Below are positions 49,908-63,209 of a stretch of DNA of 64,000 bases, one piece after another. This DNA comes from Lama guanicoe. Lineage: Eukaryota. The translations under genes and the position numbers were made by a program. The notes beneath the pieces were generated by a model, which saw nothing but the letters and a program-made list of their open reading frames with translations, did not search any database and had not been told where the DNA came from. The DNA is taken from assembly GCA_013239625.1 (NCBI GenBank), contig MU053482.1, positions 3,619,922 to 3,683,921 of the forward strand, in the 5' to 3' direction. Position 1 is the stretch's first letter, and each line of letters starts with the position of its first letter.

Positions 49908-50070
49908 AGCCTTCTCCCAAAGTAGTGTATCTCAACATGTGATCACCTACTATGCATGCTTTAAATTTAGGTTCCTGGATTCTAGCCCAGTTGGGGGTGG
50001 TAGAGCTGGGAATTCTGTCATTTCTAGCAAGCTTTCTAAGAAATTCCCACTGAAATTTGAGAACCACTGC
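49908..50070. mobile_element. MER5-like MITE
   Basis: ttctcccaaagt...atcacct...gggaattctgtcatttctagcaagct...aaatttgagaaccactg. Confidence 0.6.
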
Positions 50071-50194
50071 CCTAACTAGTGAAAAGCCAAAAAAAAAAAA
50101 AAAGACTCCAATAAGTTCATGTGAAATAGAAGTTTTGGACTCCCCCAAATGCCTATAACCTCTCTCAAAAATTAGTCTATGCCATTACTTGCAG

Positions 50195-50340
50195 AAGATT
50201 GCTAAGTGGCCAAGACACCTCCTCCCATAAGCACACCAAAATTACAACTATCTACAGAAGGGAACTCATACAACTCCACATCAAACAAAAAAATAACCTG
50301 ATTGAAAAACGGGCAGAGGAAGTAAATAGACATTATTTCC
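50195..50340 (+). mobile_element. Chimeric L1 fragment: 5'UTR-like start joined to late ORF2
   Basis: cacctcctcccataagcacaccaaaattacaactatctacagaa (resembles a laurasiatherian L1 5' end as recalled) followed directly by gaactcatacaactc...aaaaacgggcagagga...aatagacat (ORF2 ELIQL...KKWAEDLNRHF region). Confidence 0.55.
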
Positions 50341-50344
50341 GAGA

Positions 50345-50670
50345 ATGCTCTGCAGGTTCCAACTTTCCTATCTTTTCACAGTCTGTTCTTTCCCCTCTGA
50401 AGCCCTCCTCCCTCTCTGTACTCATCGAAAGTTGAGCCATTCTTCACAACTCAAGACAAACACCACCTCCTCCATGAAGCCGTCCCACCTGGAAGCAACT
50501 TCTCATTTCTCTCTGCTTCTTAGTGCTTGTCATCATCTAAATAGCCATCCTCGTCACTCTCTGCCTTTGCTTCAGTGAAACCTTTATTTGAATGTAAATT
50601 CCTTGAGGGCAGTGTCATGTATTAAATTGCTAGCATGGCGTGTATATTCAATAAATATCTGCTGAATCAG
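50345..50670 (+). mobile_element. L2 relic
   Basis: caccacctcctccatgaagcc...tgtaaattccttgagggcag...tcaataaatatctgctgaat. Confidence 0.75.
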
Positions 50671-50704
50671 AGCTGATCTCAAAGATGAAACTAGAAAGGG
50701 AATT

Positions 50705-51400
50705 ATGGAAAACAGTGTGGAGATTCCCTAAAAAACTGAAAATAGACTTACCCTACAATTCAGCAGTCCCACTCCTGAACGTATATCCAGAAGAAACTCT
50801 AATTTGAAAAGATATACACATCCCAATGTTCACAGCAGCACTATTTACAATAGCCAAGACATGGAAGAAACCTAAATGTCCACAGACAGATGACTGGATA
50901 AAGAAGTTGTGACAGACATATACAATGGAATACAATTCAACCATAAAAAAGAATAAAATAATGTCATTTGCAGCAACATGGGTAGACCTGGAGATCATCA
51001 TACTAAGTGAAATAAGCCAGAAAGAAAAAGAAAAATAACCTATGATATCACTTATATGTGGATTTTTTTAAAAAAGGACAAAATGAACTTATTTACAAAA
51101 CAGAGACAGATTCACAGACATACAAAACAAACTTATCGTTACCAAGGTGGGAAGGGGGTGGGGAGGGATAAATTGGGAGTTTGGGATTTGCAGATACTAA
51201 CTACTATATATAAAATAGATAAACAACAAGGTCCTACTGTATAGCACAGGGAACTATATTCAATACCTGTAATGGCCTATAATGAAAAAGAATATGAAAA
51301 AGAATACATATATATGTATAACTGAATCACTATGCTGTACACCAGAAATTAACACAACATTATAAATTGACTACACACTATACTTCAATTTAAGAAAAAG
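50705..51400 (+). mobile_element. Young L1 3' end
   Basis: atggaaaacagtgtggagattcc...ctatacttcaatt plus tail; TSD agaaagggaatt/agaaaaggaatt at 50693-50704 and 51401-51412. Confidence 0.94.
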
Positions 51401-52464
51401 AGAAAAGGAATTCTGGGGTAGTTAACAGAAGAAAGAAAGAATAGAGTCTGTGTTCTCATCAAGCCAGCACTCCCTCAAGGATGAAGCTGGGGAGAAAGCC
51501 ACAGTGTCCCCAGGCTTGGCCACATCCCAGGGCTCACAGCTGTCTCCAGCCACACAAATCCAGCCCTGTGTTCAAAGACAGAGCCTTGACCTGGTGAGAA
51601 GCAGACACAACAACCGTCTAAACTCAGGTCACCTGGGCGTTACGATGCTGTGACCTTAATGCCGGAAGTGGGCATCCCAAACTTAAGCACCTACGCTCGT
51701 GCCTCCCTCTCAGGGCAGAGCCTTTCTGAATACGACTCTCCTTGGAGGGGGGTGCAGGGACAGCCAGCCATGACACTGGGCTCCAGTGAACAGCACCAAG
51801 ATGGATTGGGGTGTACAGAATTTATAGAGGTTATGAAAGGTCTTCTGTTCAACCTGCACATACCGAGGTCCCTCTAACTTCCAGCTTTCCCACTTCCTTT
51901 GGTACCACATAAAGAAGACCCAGTTGTCAGCCTCTGGGTGCTACTTATACTCCTGCCTCCATAGGTACCCAGGTTTCCCACAGAACAGGGAAGGTGGGGA
52001 GCTGTCAGCCCCTCCACTCCTCAGGGAATGAATTCCCAGCGATGTTGGAGTTTGCCATGAGGCCTGAAGCTTCCTGCTGGTGACTTGGGGTGGAGGTGGG
52101 AGGGAAAGGAGGCGAACAGAGTCAGGATCTGATCTTGAACCCTAGGGATCCAACAGGGACACCAGGCTCAAGTACAGCCTGTCTGACCCTCGTGAGTCCA
52201 CCACTACCAACATCACCACCCCACCTCACTGCCACTGCTGCTTAGAGAAAAGGGGAAAAAACAATGACTTTGTAATATTAGCTCCTACACATGAACTCCG
52301 GAGCTTGTGGGGCCCCACAGACCTGCCACTTCCAGTGTGTGACTGATACAACAGGTATCTCAGTAGAACGCAGTTCACGCCGAAGGTTGAATGGTTTAAT
52401 TCCACTAAAATCCCATCAACTATTAGGGCTTTATAAGAGCTCCTGAAAAATAATGATAGGTTAC

Positions 52465-52872
52465 TACTATGGGTTGAATTGTGTCACCCAAAAATTCATA
52501 TGTTGAAGTTTTAACTCCCAATACCTCTGAATGTGTCCATATTGGAAAAAAGGATCATTGCCGATGTAATTAGTTAAGGTGAGGTCCCTAGGATGGGCCT
52601 AATCCAATGACTGGTGTCCTTATAAAAAGGGAATTTGGACAGACACACACATGGAGAGCACTATGTGAAGAGACACAGGAGAAGATGGCCTTCTACAAGC
52701 CAAGGAGAGAGGCCTGGAACAAATCCTTCCCAAACATCCCTCAGACGGAACCAACCCCGCAGACATCTTGATTCAGACTTCCAGCCTCTAGAGTTGCGAG
52801 ACAAAATACTTCTGTTGTTTAATCCACTCCATTTGTGCTACTTTGTTATGACATCCCTAACAAACTAATACT
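52465..52872 (+). mobile_element. MLT1A/B-like MaLR solo LTR
   Basis: ctatgggttgaattgtgtc...aaaattcatatgttgaag...ctaatccaatgactggtgtccttataaaa...gacttccagcctctaga...aacaaactaatac. Confidence 0.92.
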
Positions 52873-52889
52873 CTTCCCGTTAAAAAATT

Positions 52890-53100
52890 CTCACTGTAAA
52901 TCATGATCACTTATTCCAGTTGGTCCTACAACAACCCATGAATCAAGTGCTTTTATTTAGCCTCATTTTCCAAACGAGGACTCTATGACTATGAAATGTT
53001 AAGACACTTGCCCACAGTATTAAGTTGCGGAGCCAAGATTTGAACTCTGCTGCCTGACTCTGAAATCCCTGTTCTTTTACGCACCACCCATCACTGCCTC
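52890..53100 (-). mobile_element. MIR SINE
   Basis: cctacaacaacccatga...cctcattttccaaacgagga...acttgccca...gagccaagatttgaactc. Confidence 0.8.
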
Positions 53101-55129
53101 GGACAGAAGGGATGTCCTTATGCATAATGCTGTCATGGCAACCGGGCTCACGGGGTCTACGCCTGGTCATTCTACTTCCTGGGAGGACATGCTCAATTCA
53201 CTGTTATGAACACAATGGGCTTCCCAGCATGCCACTCAGGGTACACAACACTTGGCAGTTCCCAGATGGCCAAGATGGCCATGCACGGACCAGGGAGGCC
53301 GAGAGGCCAGCAAGGGCTGAGAGGTGAGGCCCAGTTAACAGGATTTGGCAAGAGGGTGAGGGGTGAGTCAGTACTCGTGGACCTGACAGGCTCGGTCATG
53401 GTTCTCCAGGGTGAGTGGCACTGGGCACTAAGAGATGCCAATGAGAAATCCATGTAGGCAGGAAACAGCTGGGCAGTTACTTGGAATTGAGCCTGGAGAG
53501 AAATAAGGACAAGATGGGGCAGAAGTGCAGGATCTGGGACCCACAGAGACCAAAGAGGCTGAAATTCAAGGCCAGAAGGTGGGAAGAGACCACAGGAGCC
53601 CCTCAGAGAAGATGCGGCCCCAGGTCAGCAGTCACTGGTCTCTGAAGCTGATTCCCGTGGGTCTGACTTTGGTGGGGCTTTCTGTGTAACTACTGGAGAA
53701 ATAACTCCCTTTGGGCAAAGGAGACAAATGGGGAAAATCTCGTGTAAAGCAGTTCACCCAATGGCAGGCTTAGAGAGCCACACTGGTTTTTATTTGGGGC
53801 TCTCTGCCCTTACTGTGTCTGGTTCAAGTCCAAGGGTTATGAAAGGCTTTTAACAGCCCTGGACAAAACATGCCTTCCTCATTTCTCTTCTGATTCCAGG
53901 CCCTGACTTCCTACCAGATAAGGGATCAACAGGCCCAGAAGACCTGCCCCAGTCACTTCCTGAGTATTTCCCAGCCACTATCAGCTGGCCACCACTGCTT
54001 CCCCAAGTGGCTGGGGTATCAGATATGAGCTTATGGGCTCACCAGCTGGGACCAAGGCCAGCCTTCAGGAAGTTGGTGGCAGGGGACCTGCTTCCCTCTG
54101 AGCTCTGCTCACCCATCTTCACACCATTGCAGGGCATCCCCTGGTGCAAATACTTGCCGTTCATTAGTTGTATATAATCTAACATATGTTTTGAAAAGGC
54201 GAAAGTTTAGAATCCCATTTCAGGTTGAGCCTATAGAGGAGAAGGCAAATATGTTCCATTCAGTCTAATTCTGATTGGTTGGTAGTGTCTGCCTGGAGCA
54301 CTGTGTTGAGAAGGATTCTGAAGAGACATCTGGGCTCAGCAAGGAGGAGTTCCAAGATCAATCAGTGGACAGAAGTGTGGATATGGGCAGGGAGGCATGG
54401 GTGGCAAACATTTGCTGCTTCTGGCCTGTGGCTTTCCTTGTATTCACAGCCACTCTCTGCGTGCATGTCCTGCCCTCAAGCACGTCAGCTCCATAGGGCT
54501 CAGAGTTGAGGCAGATACCTGAGCCAACTTGGTCTCCTCAGCATCAGAACATAGCACATGGTAGGCATCCATACATATGTGCTGACCTGTCAGACTCTGC
54601 TGTCAGATTCTAGAAATGCACTCCCTAAACTGGGATTCCTTTCAATCTTCCCACACAGGGAAACATTGTAAGTAGCAAAATAACTTACAGCCCTTTTGAT
54701 AAGTTTAACAATGTCACAAGAACCATAGAGAAATTCTACTTTTTGACCCAGTAATAGCATCCTTGAGATGTCATTCCACAGAAACACTCAAGACATGAGG
54801 AATATATTCAGTCATGCATTTAGTAAGCTAGCTAAAGATGAGAGCGATGTGTGGAGGGTTCACTGTGCAGGGCACTCATACACCATCTTGTTAGCAACCT
54901 CTGACTTCCTGCATCTCCCTCCCCTTTTCATTTCTCCTCCCAGACAGCCTCAGAGGCTCCAAGTCCCTCCCCTCTATTATAAGAGCAACTCAGCTCTCCA
55001 TAACTCCTTCCCCAACACTCGCCCCGCCCCAAGCCCCCAAGATGGTCCAGTCAACACTCTCACTCCCCATGCCACAGAAGGCAGTGCAAAGTGGTTATTT
55101 TTAGCATACCTTTTCTTCCTCTCACATAT

Positions 55130-55450
55130 ACTACGGCAATTATATAGCTATTAGAAAAAAGACAAGGTTAGATCTGTATGTACCGACCTAAAAAAAGATG
55201 CCAATGATTTACCACCAAATGAAAATAACAAACAAATTGCAGAGCCAAAAAACAGTGTGATACCTTCATATCCATGAGGTCTAGCAAGCTGCTTGTCAAA
55301 CTGTTAGCTGCAGTTACCTGTGGGGAGGAAATGAAACTGAAGATAAGTTACAAAGGAGGACATTCGCTTTTTTCCTCCATGTAACTGTGTTGTTTGAACT
55401 TTATTTTACAATGAAAATGTACTGACTATGTAACTGAGAAAGAAAAGAAG
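55130..55450 (+). mobile_element. Ancient L1ME-like 3' end
   Basis: tagatctgtatgtac...aaactgttagc...gttacctgtgggga...tgtttgaacttt...tacaatga. Confidence 0.6.
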
Positions 55451-56084
55451 ATGTAGGATTTCAGCACGGGGGGAGCAGGCCAAGGATTGCCAAGGCCCTG
55501 CCCTCTTACAGAAGCAGATTTTTACCCTCAGCTGGTTTGCTTGAGGCCAGATGCTCATTTACCCCCAGCTGCTGCAGGAAGCTGAGAGATGGTGGCCTCT
55601 CCTGTTGGAGGCATTGCTTGAAGGGCAAGTCTTAACGCTTTTGCATTGCTGCTGGGTAACAACCCTTCTGTCTCGGCTGTGTGGAAGAGCCTTTCCAGAC
55701 CACTCAGGTGCATGCAGTGCACCAGGGTAGTCTGGGGTCTGGAAGACCCCTCCTTGATAGGTTCTCCTTCTGCTGAGAGACATGCCAAAATACCTGGGGT
55801 TCATCAGGACCACAAGCTCCTCTTCAACAAGGAGAGGTGAGGGGATTCTGAGCTACTGATGTCGGTCCTCACCTTTCTCAACAGGATTAATCAGGCTTGG
55901 CCAAAACCAACCAGCAACTCTGAATGAAAACAGAGAACTCCCAGCCTCAGTTCTATTTTGTCCACCAAGACTTAACTCATGGGAAATATAGATAAGTCAA
56001 CAGGATGTGGTTTTTAATCACTGTAATGGATCAGGGGAAGCAACAGCCTTGAATGTTCTCCCAGGTCGGATGGGAGTTCCCCTC

Positions 56085-56348
56085 CTAGGAGAAGAAAATG
56101 CCTGGCAAGTTAGTGCTGGTTGTTGGCAGGAGGCCTCTCCGTTCCTTGCCATGTGGTCCTCTCCATAGGGCTGCTGGAGTGTCCAAGAGTGATAAGGCCA
56201 CGTCTTTTATGACCTAGTCTCAGAAGTCACACATCACTTCTGCCACATTCTATTCATTTTCTAATAGAAAGCTTAGCCCTGACTTAAAAGGAAAAGAATA
56301 AGACTCCACTTTTTGAAGAGAAAAGAAAGAACTTCTAAAACTACCACA
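56085..56348 (-). mobile_element. MLT1G/H-like MaLR LTR fragment
   Basis: ctggcaagttagtgctggttgttggcaggaggcctc...ctctccatagggctgct...ttttatgacctagtctcagaagtcaca...aaaactaccaca. Confidence 0.8.
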
Positions 56349-56414
56349 GTTATTACCTATCAGGCTCTGTATAGCCATAAGAAACTTAGAAATGAGTCAT
56401 ATGAAACCCTTGCC

Positions 56415-58819
56415 ATCAGCTGCAAATCAATCAATGTGATACATCACATTAACAAATTGAAGAATAAAAATCATATGATCATCTCAATAGGTGCAGAAAA
56501 AGCTTTTGACAACATTCAATATCCATTTATGACAAAAGCTCTCCACAAAGTGGGTGTAGAGGGAACATACCTCAACATAATAAAGGTCATATACAATAAG
56601 CCCACAGCTAATATCATACTCAATGGTGAAAAACTGAAAGAATTTCCTATAAGAGCAGGAACAAAACAAGGATGCCCACTCTTGCCACTTGTATTCAACA
56701 TAGTATGGGAAGTCCTAGCCACAGAAATCAGAAAAAGAAATGGGAGGAATCCAAATCGGAAAAGAAGAAGTAAAAGTGTCACTGCTTGCAGATGACATGA
56801 TACTATACATAGAAAATCCTAAAGATGCTACCAGAAAACTACTAGAGCTTATCAATGAATTCGGTAAGATGAAGGAAACAAAATTAATATATAGAAATCT
56901 GTCACATTTATATACACTAACAATGAACTATCAGAAAGAGAAATTAAGGAAACAATCCCATTTACAATCACATCAAAAAGAATAAAATACCTAGGAATAA
57001 ATCTAAGGAGGCAAAAAAATGAATACTCAGAAAACTATGAGATGCTGATGAAAGAAACTGAAGATGACATCAACATATGGAAAGACATATCATGCTCATT
57101 TTTGGAAGAATTAATACTGTTAAAATACTACCCAAGGCAATCTACAAATTCAATGAAGTTCATATCAAAATACCAATGGCATTTTTCACAGAACCAGGAC
57201 AAATAATTTTAAAATTTGCATAGAAACACAAAAGACCCTGAATAGCCAAAACCATCTTGAGAAAGAAGAACAAAGCTGGAAGTATCATGCTTCTGACTTC
57301 AGATTATACTACAAAGCTACAGTCACAAAAACTGTATGGTACTGGCACAAAAACAGACACATAGATCAATGCAACAGGCTAGAGAGTCCAGAAATAAATC
57401 CATGCACTTACGCTCAGTTAATCCAAGACAAAGGAGGCAAGAATATACAATGAGGAAAGGACAGTCTCGTCAATAAATGGTGCTGGGAAAACTGGACAAC
57501 TCCATGTAATGAATGAAATTAAAACATCTTCTCACACTATATACAAAAATAAACTCAAAATGGGTTAAACATCCAAATGTAAGCCCATAAAACTCTTAGA
57601 AAAAAATATAGGCAGAACACTCTTTGACATAAATAATAGCAATATTTTTTTGGATCAGTCTCCTAAGGCAAAGGAAACAAAAGCAAAAACAAATAAATGG
57701 GACCTAATTGAACTTAAAAGCTTTTGCACAGAAAAGGAAATCACTGACAAAACAAAAAGACGATCTACTGAATGAGAAAATACTTGCAGTAATATGACCA
57801 ATAAGGGGTTACTATTCAAAATACATAAATAGGTCATGTAAGTCAATATTAAAAAAACTCAATTAAAAAATGGGTAGAAGATCTGAATAGACATTCTTCC
57901 AAAGAATACATACAGATGGTCAACAGGCACATGAAAAGATGCTCAATGTCACTAATCACCAGAGAAATGCAAATCAGAACCACAACGAGATATTACCTCA
58001 CACTTGCCAGATCGGCTATCATCAAAAGACCACAAATCACAAATGCTGACCAGGATGTGGAGAAAAGGGAACCCTCCTACACTGCTGGTGGGGATGTAAA
58101 TGGGTGCAGCCACTGTGCAAAACAGTATGGAGGTTCTCAAAAAACTAAAAATAGAACTACCATATGACCCAGCAATCCCACTCCTGGATATCTCTCTGAA
58201 GAAAACAGAAACCCTAATTCAAAAAGATACATGCACCCCAATGTTCACAGCAGCATTACTTATAGCAGCCAGGAGATGGAAGCACCCTAAGCAACCTAAC
58301 CTCATCAACAGACAAACAGATAAAGAAAATGTGGTATACACATAAAAATAGATAAATTCATATATACATACAATAAAATGCTACTCAGCCATGACAGAGA
58401 ATGAAATTTTGCCATTTGCAACAACATGGATAGATTTGGAGGGTACTATGCTAAGTGAAATAAATCAGACAGAGAAAGACAAATACTGTATTTTATCATT
58501 TATATGTGAACTCTAAAAAATAAAACAAATGAATATAACAAAACAGAAACTGACGCATAGATACAGAGAACAAACCAATGATTACCAGTTGGGAGAGGGG
58601 AGGTGGAAGGGGCAGGACAGAAGGAGGGGATTAAGGACACAAACCACTATATATAGAATAAATAAGCTACAAGGATATAACATATAGCAAAGGGAAATAT
58701 ACCCAATATTTTATAATAATTTTAAATGGAGTATAATCTATAAAAATACGGAACCACTATGTTGTACACCTGAAACTAATATGATTGTATATCAACCATA
58801 CCATAATAAAAAGAAAAAA
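56415..58819 (+). mobile_element. 2.4-kb 5'-truncated LINE-1 with disrupted ORF2
   Basis: RT motifs [24 protein letters not shown] and [14 protein letters not shown] in shifted frames; 3'UTR and A tail; degenerate TSD aaacccttgcc/aaatccctgcc at 56404-56414 and 58820-58830. Confidence 0.95.
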
Positions 58820-58997
58820 AAATCCCTGCCCTCAAGAAACTTTCAATTTAACAAAGGAGACTGACATGTCACCTTGTAATACATGAAAGTGTGGAAACAC
58901 AGAGGAGAAAGTTTTCCACGGGAGGAGGGAGGACAGTGGGAGAAGAGTCTCTGAAAGGAGGTAGCATCTGATACAGGCCTTGGACTGTGAGTAAGAA

Positions 58998-59705
58998 TGT
59001 GTTACATAAGGTGAACTGACGCTCAACACCCATTCCAACCTCCTTCTAGTGCTGCCTGCACCACAAAAGCTGAAGATAAAACTACATTTCCCAGACTTCC
59101 TTGCAGGCAATGGTCTGGACAGGAGTTAGGTTCTACCAGTATGACGCACAAAAGCAAGATTAGGAGGGCAGGAGTCAGGAACGAGCTAAGCTCTCGTCCC
59201 TTCCACTATTTCTGTCGATGAATCTTCCATGGTGTTTACTTTTTCTGCAGCACAGGGGGCAGTGGCCCCAGTGCTCAGATACTAGCTCATGGGTGTCCAG
59301 AGGAAGGAGTGGGGACCTCCCTTTGCTAGTGAGACTGTGGCCGGTGTGCATGGTTCTGGAGTGAGAGCTGTGTGCTTCCTGAGAGTAGAAAATGCTCAAG
59401 CCTTCCAGAACCCCTTCGAGAGTTGGAGTGGAAGGACTCAGCACAGGGACAGCTTTCCTCAAAGTCTCCCTCCAGTGTCTACTCCTCCTGGCCCCCTTGG
59501 CTTCAACTCTGACGTATCTTTGAGTGAGGTGCCTGCCACCCTTTTGCAAGGACTCAGAGGTGATCTTACCTTGGGAAGTGCCAGGATCTCGGCTCTTTCA
59601 CTACAACTGAGAGTGAAGCCATTTCATTTTAACAACCGATCGCTCTGAGTTAAAAACCATAAAATGCCTCTCCAGTCTTTTACTGTCTCCCTCACTGAAC
59701 CACAC
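58998..59705 (+). mobile_element. Old ERVL-type solo LTR (LTR40/41/16 group)
   Basis: cacccattccaacc...aaaactacatttcccagacttccttgcag...ttaggttctacca; boundaries uncertain. Confidence 0.5.
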
Positions 59706-61284
59706 ACCCACACATGTAAAGTTGTCAGCCAAATGGAAGTGTTGCTGGATTCATTTAAGACACAAATATGAGAACTTTAGAAAGTCTATAAACTCAGCAG
59801 TTGTCAGCTTTGCTTCACTGATGTTTGTCTGCAGTTTCTGGGCTGAGATGTGCAGGTTAGGATGGAGCTCACCCCCCAACCCCTCCCAGGCCTGGGCTGC
59901 AGAGACACTGACTTGTGATGGGTTTTTTTTTTTTATCACCTTCAGCCTTTAATTGAAGCATCAATACCACATGCCAGCTTCCAAGGGGCTCTCGCTCTCC
60001 TGCACACCACACACTCCCTCCCAACATACACACTGCTCCAGACACTGTTCGGAGACTGACATCCCCACACTCATTTGATAAATATTTATAGCTTAAGAGA
60101 CAACAGCTGGAAAGCCCACAATAGCCGTGGATCCCACCCACAGTGGGACTCACCTGGTGTCATCTTGGCTTGTAAACCTCTCTGAGTGCAGGGCAAGGCG
60201 TCCTGGACAAGAGGCAATAAATACCCACTGCTTGGCTGAGCCCCTATCTGACAGCATCTTGAAGGTTTCCTGTGTAGCCCGTGAGACTTAGATCTCCAAG
60301 GGCACTCACACTCAGCGGAAGCATGAGGATGAGATGGATTTGACTTTTGAAAGATGATTCTTTTTTGAATAGTAGTAAAGAGACAGTGTCCAGATGTCCC
60401 CAAAAGACCTCCTTATGCAGCTTCTGAACACTTTCTAGATCCTGGGCCCCTTTTGGAATGTGATTAAAACTCCAGGTAGTCTCCCCAGAAAATACACACA
60501 AGCCCATGCACACAACACTGTGCATGTAATGACTTCAGAGACAGGCCTTCCAGAAGCTAAGGGTCTCACAGAGAAGGTACACAAACAAACAAAAATGCAC
60601 GTAAATATAGATGAGGAAGTGACGGATGCTCTGAAGGACTGAGGTGCTTAAGCATTCTGAGACTTCATGGGGGAGAGAGACCAAGCTGTAAGGTAAAGGA
60701 CCACGCACAGTGGAACCAGTCCTAAAAGCATTCCCGTGTACTCCAGACATCCGCTGAGGGTCTCTGCTCTTTGATGTCCACGGGAGGTGGCCTGGACTTC
60801 TGAGTCCCGTGGACTGCAGCACTCCACACCCTCTCTAGGATTTCTGCTGATCCCCTGTGGGGACCCCGGTCTCCTGGCCCTTTTATCTCTCAAAATTCTA
60901 GCCTCCTCACACACCACTTCAGTCCCCACACAACATTCTCCCCAACATGAAATTCAGTCACTCCCTGGATTTCCACAACAGAAAAATGGGATCACACCAA
61001 GCATTGAGACATACAGGTTTTACAGAATATGGGGGAGTGGCTCCTGGCCTTCAGCCATTCACTGAGTCCTTCTGCCTTCTCTCCACATTTTTGTCTCTTT
61101 CCTCCCCTTTTTTGGAAGCAACTTAGTTTCAGGTAACACCTAGGCCCAGGGTTGGGGGAGAGAGTGAGGGTAGCGGAGAAGGGGAACTACCCTCTCTCCA
61201 GGGACTTACCAACTTACCCTTGCAAAACACACACACAGTGCTTTCTCTAAGAAGAATCTGGCAATAAAAGTCTCTCCATCCTAT

Positions 61285-61815
61285 TTGTGTTGGTTAGTTG
61301 AAGAGAACAAAATCCACTCCAGCTAAAGTAAGCAAGGAGGGATTTATGACAGGATATTAAGCATCTACCAGAACTAACAGGGGGAATTTAGGAAAGACTT
61401 TAGGCTGAGCTTTCAGAAAAGCTTCCCAAAGAAGACCTGGGCCACCAAGGAAGCCGCTCGCTCCAGAACCAGCACTGCTCCTGCCACCACACCAGGTCCC
61501 CAGCAAAAGGGATGATCCTGGCCTCCCAACATCCACGAGGCTAGTGACAGGACACCAGGATGTCTGCTCGTGCCACCAGACACAGCTCCGTCAGCCCCTC
61601 AACTGCAGAGCCAGCAGAAAGAGCATGGGCAGCAGAAGCACGGCCCCTGCCCGCCCACGCGCCTCTCCCCCAAGTGCCTCTGATGGTCAAGCCTTAATTA
61701 CCTGACTGCCGGCGGCTGGGAAATGTCGTTGTTAGCTTTCCAGTCTTGGCAGTACTGGAACAGTCCACTGGAAGGCAAATGGAACGAAGGCTGAGTAGTG
61801 GCTGGGGCAACCACT
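61285..61815 (-). mobile_element. Very old MaLR LTR relic (MLT1L/M/N group)
   Basis: aaatccactccagctaaagtaagca...gatttat...aggatatt and ggctgggaaatgt motifs. Confidence 0.4.
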
Positions 61816-61821
61816 ATCATG

Positions 61822-62376
61822 TATCAGTATCATGGTTCCTCAAAAAGTTATAAGTAGAATTACCATATGATCCAGCAATCCCACTTCTGGGTATATACAC
61901 CAAAGAACTGAAAGAAGGGTCTTGAGGAGATATTTGTACACCTGTGTTCATAGCAGTATTACTCACAATAGCCAAAAGGTGGAGGCAACTCAAGTGTCCA
62001 CTGATGTCTGAATGGATAAACAAAATGTGGTGCATAAATACAGGGGAGTATTATCCCACCTTGAAAAGGAAGGAAATTTCAAACATGCTGCAACATGGAT
62101 GAACCTTAAGGACATTATGCTAAGTGAAATAAGCCAGTCATAAAAAGACACATTCTGTGTGATTCCACTTCCCTAGAGTAATCAAAGTCATAGAGACAGG
62201 AAGTAGAATGGTGATTCAGGAGGTGGGGGGTGGAGAATGGAGAGTTCTGCAAGATGAAAAGAATTCCGGAGATTGGTTGTGCAACAGTGTGAAGGTATTT
62301 AACACTAGTGACCTGCACACTTAAAAATAGTTAAGATGGACGATGGCAGATTTTGTTACGTATATCTTACCACAAT
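61822..62376 (+). mobile_element. L1 3' end (L1MA/L1MB-like)
   Basis: agaattaccatatgatccagcaatcccacttctgggtatat...cacttaaaaatagttaagatgg...ttaccacaat. Confidence 0.92.
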
Positions 62377-62579
62377 GAAAACTTTTCTTAATTTTTTTGA
62401 GAAAAAATAATTTATTCAGTCCTTAGTTTTTCTTATGAAAACTTTTCTTAACTAAGAAAAAGCATTGTGCATAAGCTGCCTCCTCTACATTATACAGTGT
62501 TTGAGCATTAAATTTTGGATTAGAAGGGGCCTTTAGAAGATCTGTTCAATCCTGCAGCGGTCTGTCGTTTAATCTAGGA

Positions 62580-62810
62580 TGATAACAGCTACTGTCGTGG
62601 GGTGGTGGGGAGGCAAGCCCTGTGCTAAGTGCTTTTCTTGTGGTCTCTTATTCAACCCACATGAAGACCCTGGGGCGTAGGTCTCATTATGATCAGGCTT
62701 CAATGGGTTAAGTAACTTGCCAGAGGTCACAGAGCTAACACATCAGTGGTGCTGAGACCTGAACCCAGGTCCAGTTGGGCCCTGAGTCTCTGCCCAGCCA
62801 CCACACCATA
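62580..62810 (-). mobile_element. MIR SINE
   Basis: ctgtgctaagtgctt...ggttaagtaacttgccagaggtcacag...tgaacccagg. Confidence 0.8.
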
Positions 62811-63209
62811 CGGCCTCCCTGGCAGAGGCTGGTTTTTCGTGGTCCATTTCGGTGACCTTCCCAGCACAATGAGAACCCTAGTGTAAGAGGCTCTCTATCC
62901 TCCCCATTCCATTAAATAAACATAGGAGGATACTTCCCTCCTCCCTCTTCACAGCCCCCTCCCCAAGAGGCCCCCCAAGACTGACACAAACAGGAGGCAG
63001 CCTTGGGTGGGGTGGGTATGTGCTACCCTGGAAAGGAGACTGTGAGCTTTAGGGCCAAAGACCCCTGGGTGGGAAGCCCAGAGCAACCCCATGCAGCTGT
63101 CTGAGCCTGAGCAGGGGATACCCTCTCTGAGCCTCACTCATTATCTGTCAAGTAGGGTAGGTGATACTCACCTCTTAGGGTGGCTAGAGGGATTAAATGA
63201 CTATGTACA

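Noticed and set aside
53190..53720. Possible ancient LTR or exon-like GC-rich segment with gtgagt motifs
   Set aside because: Could not assign a repeat family or a coherent exon or reading frame from sequence alone
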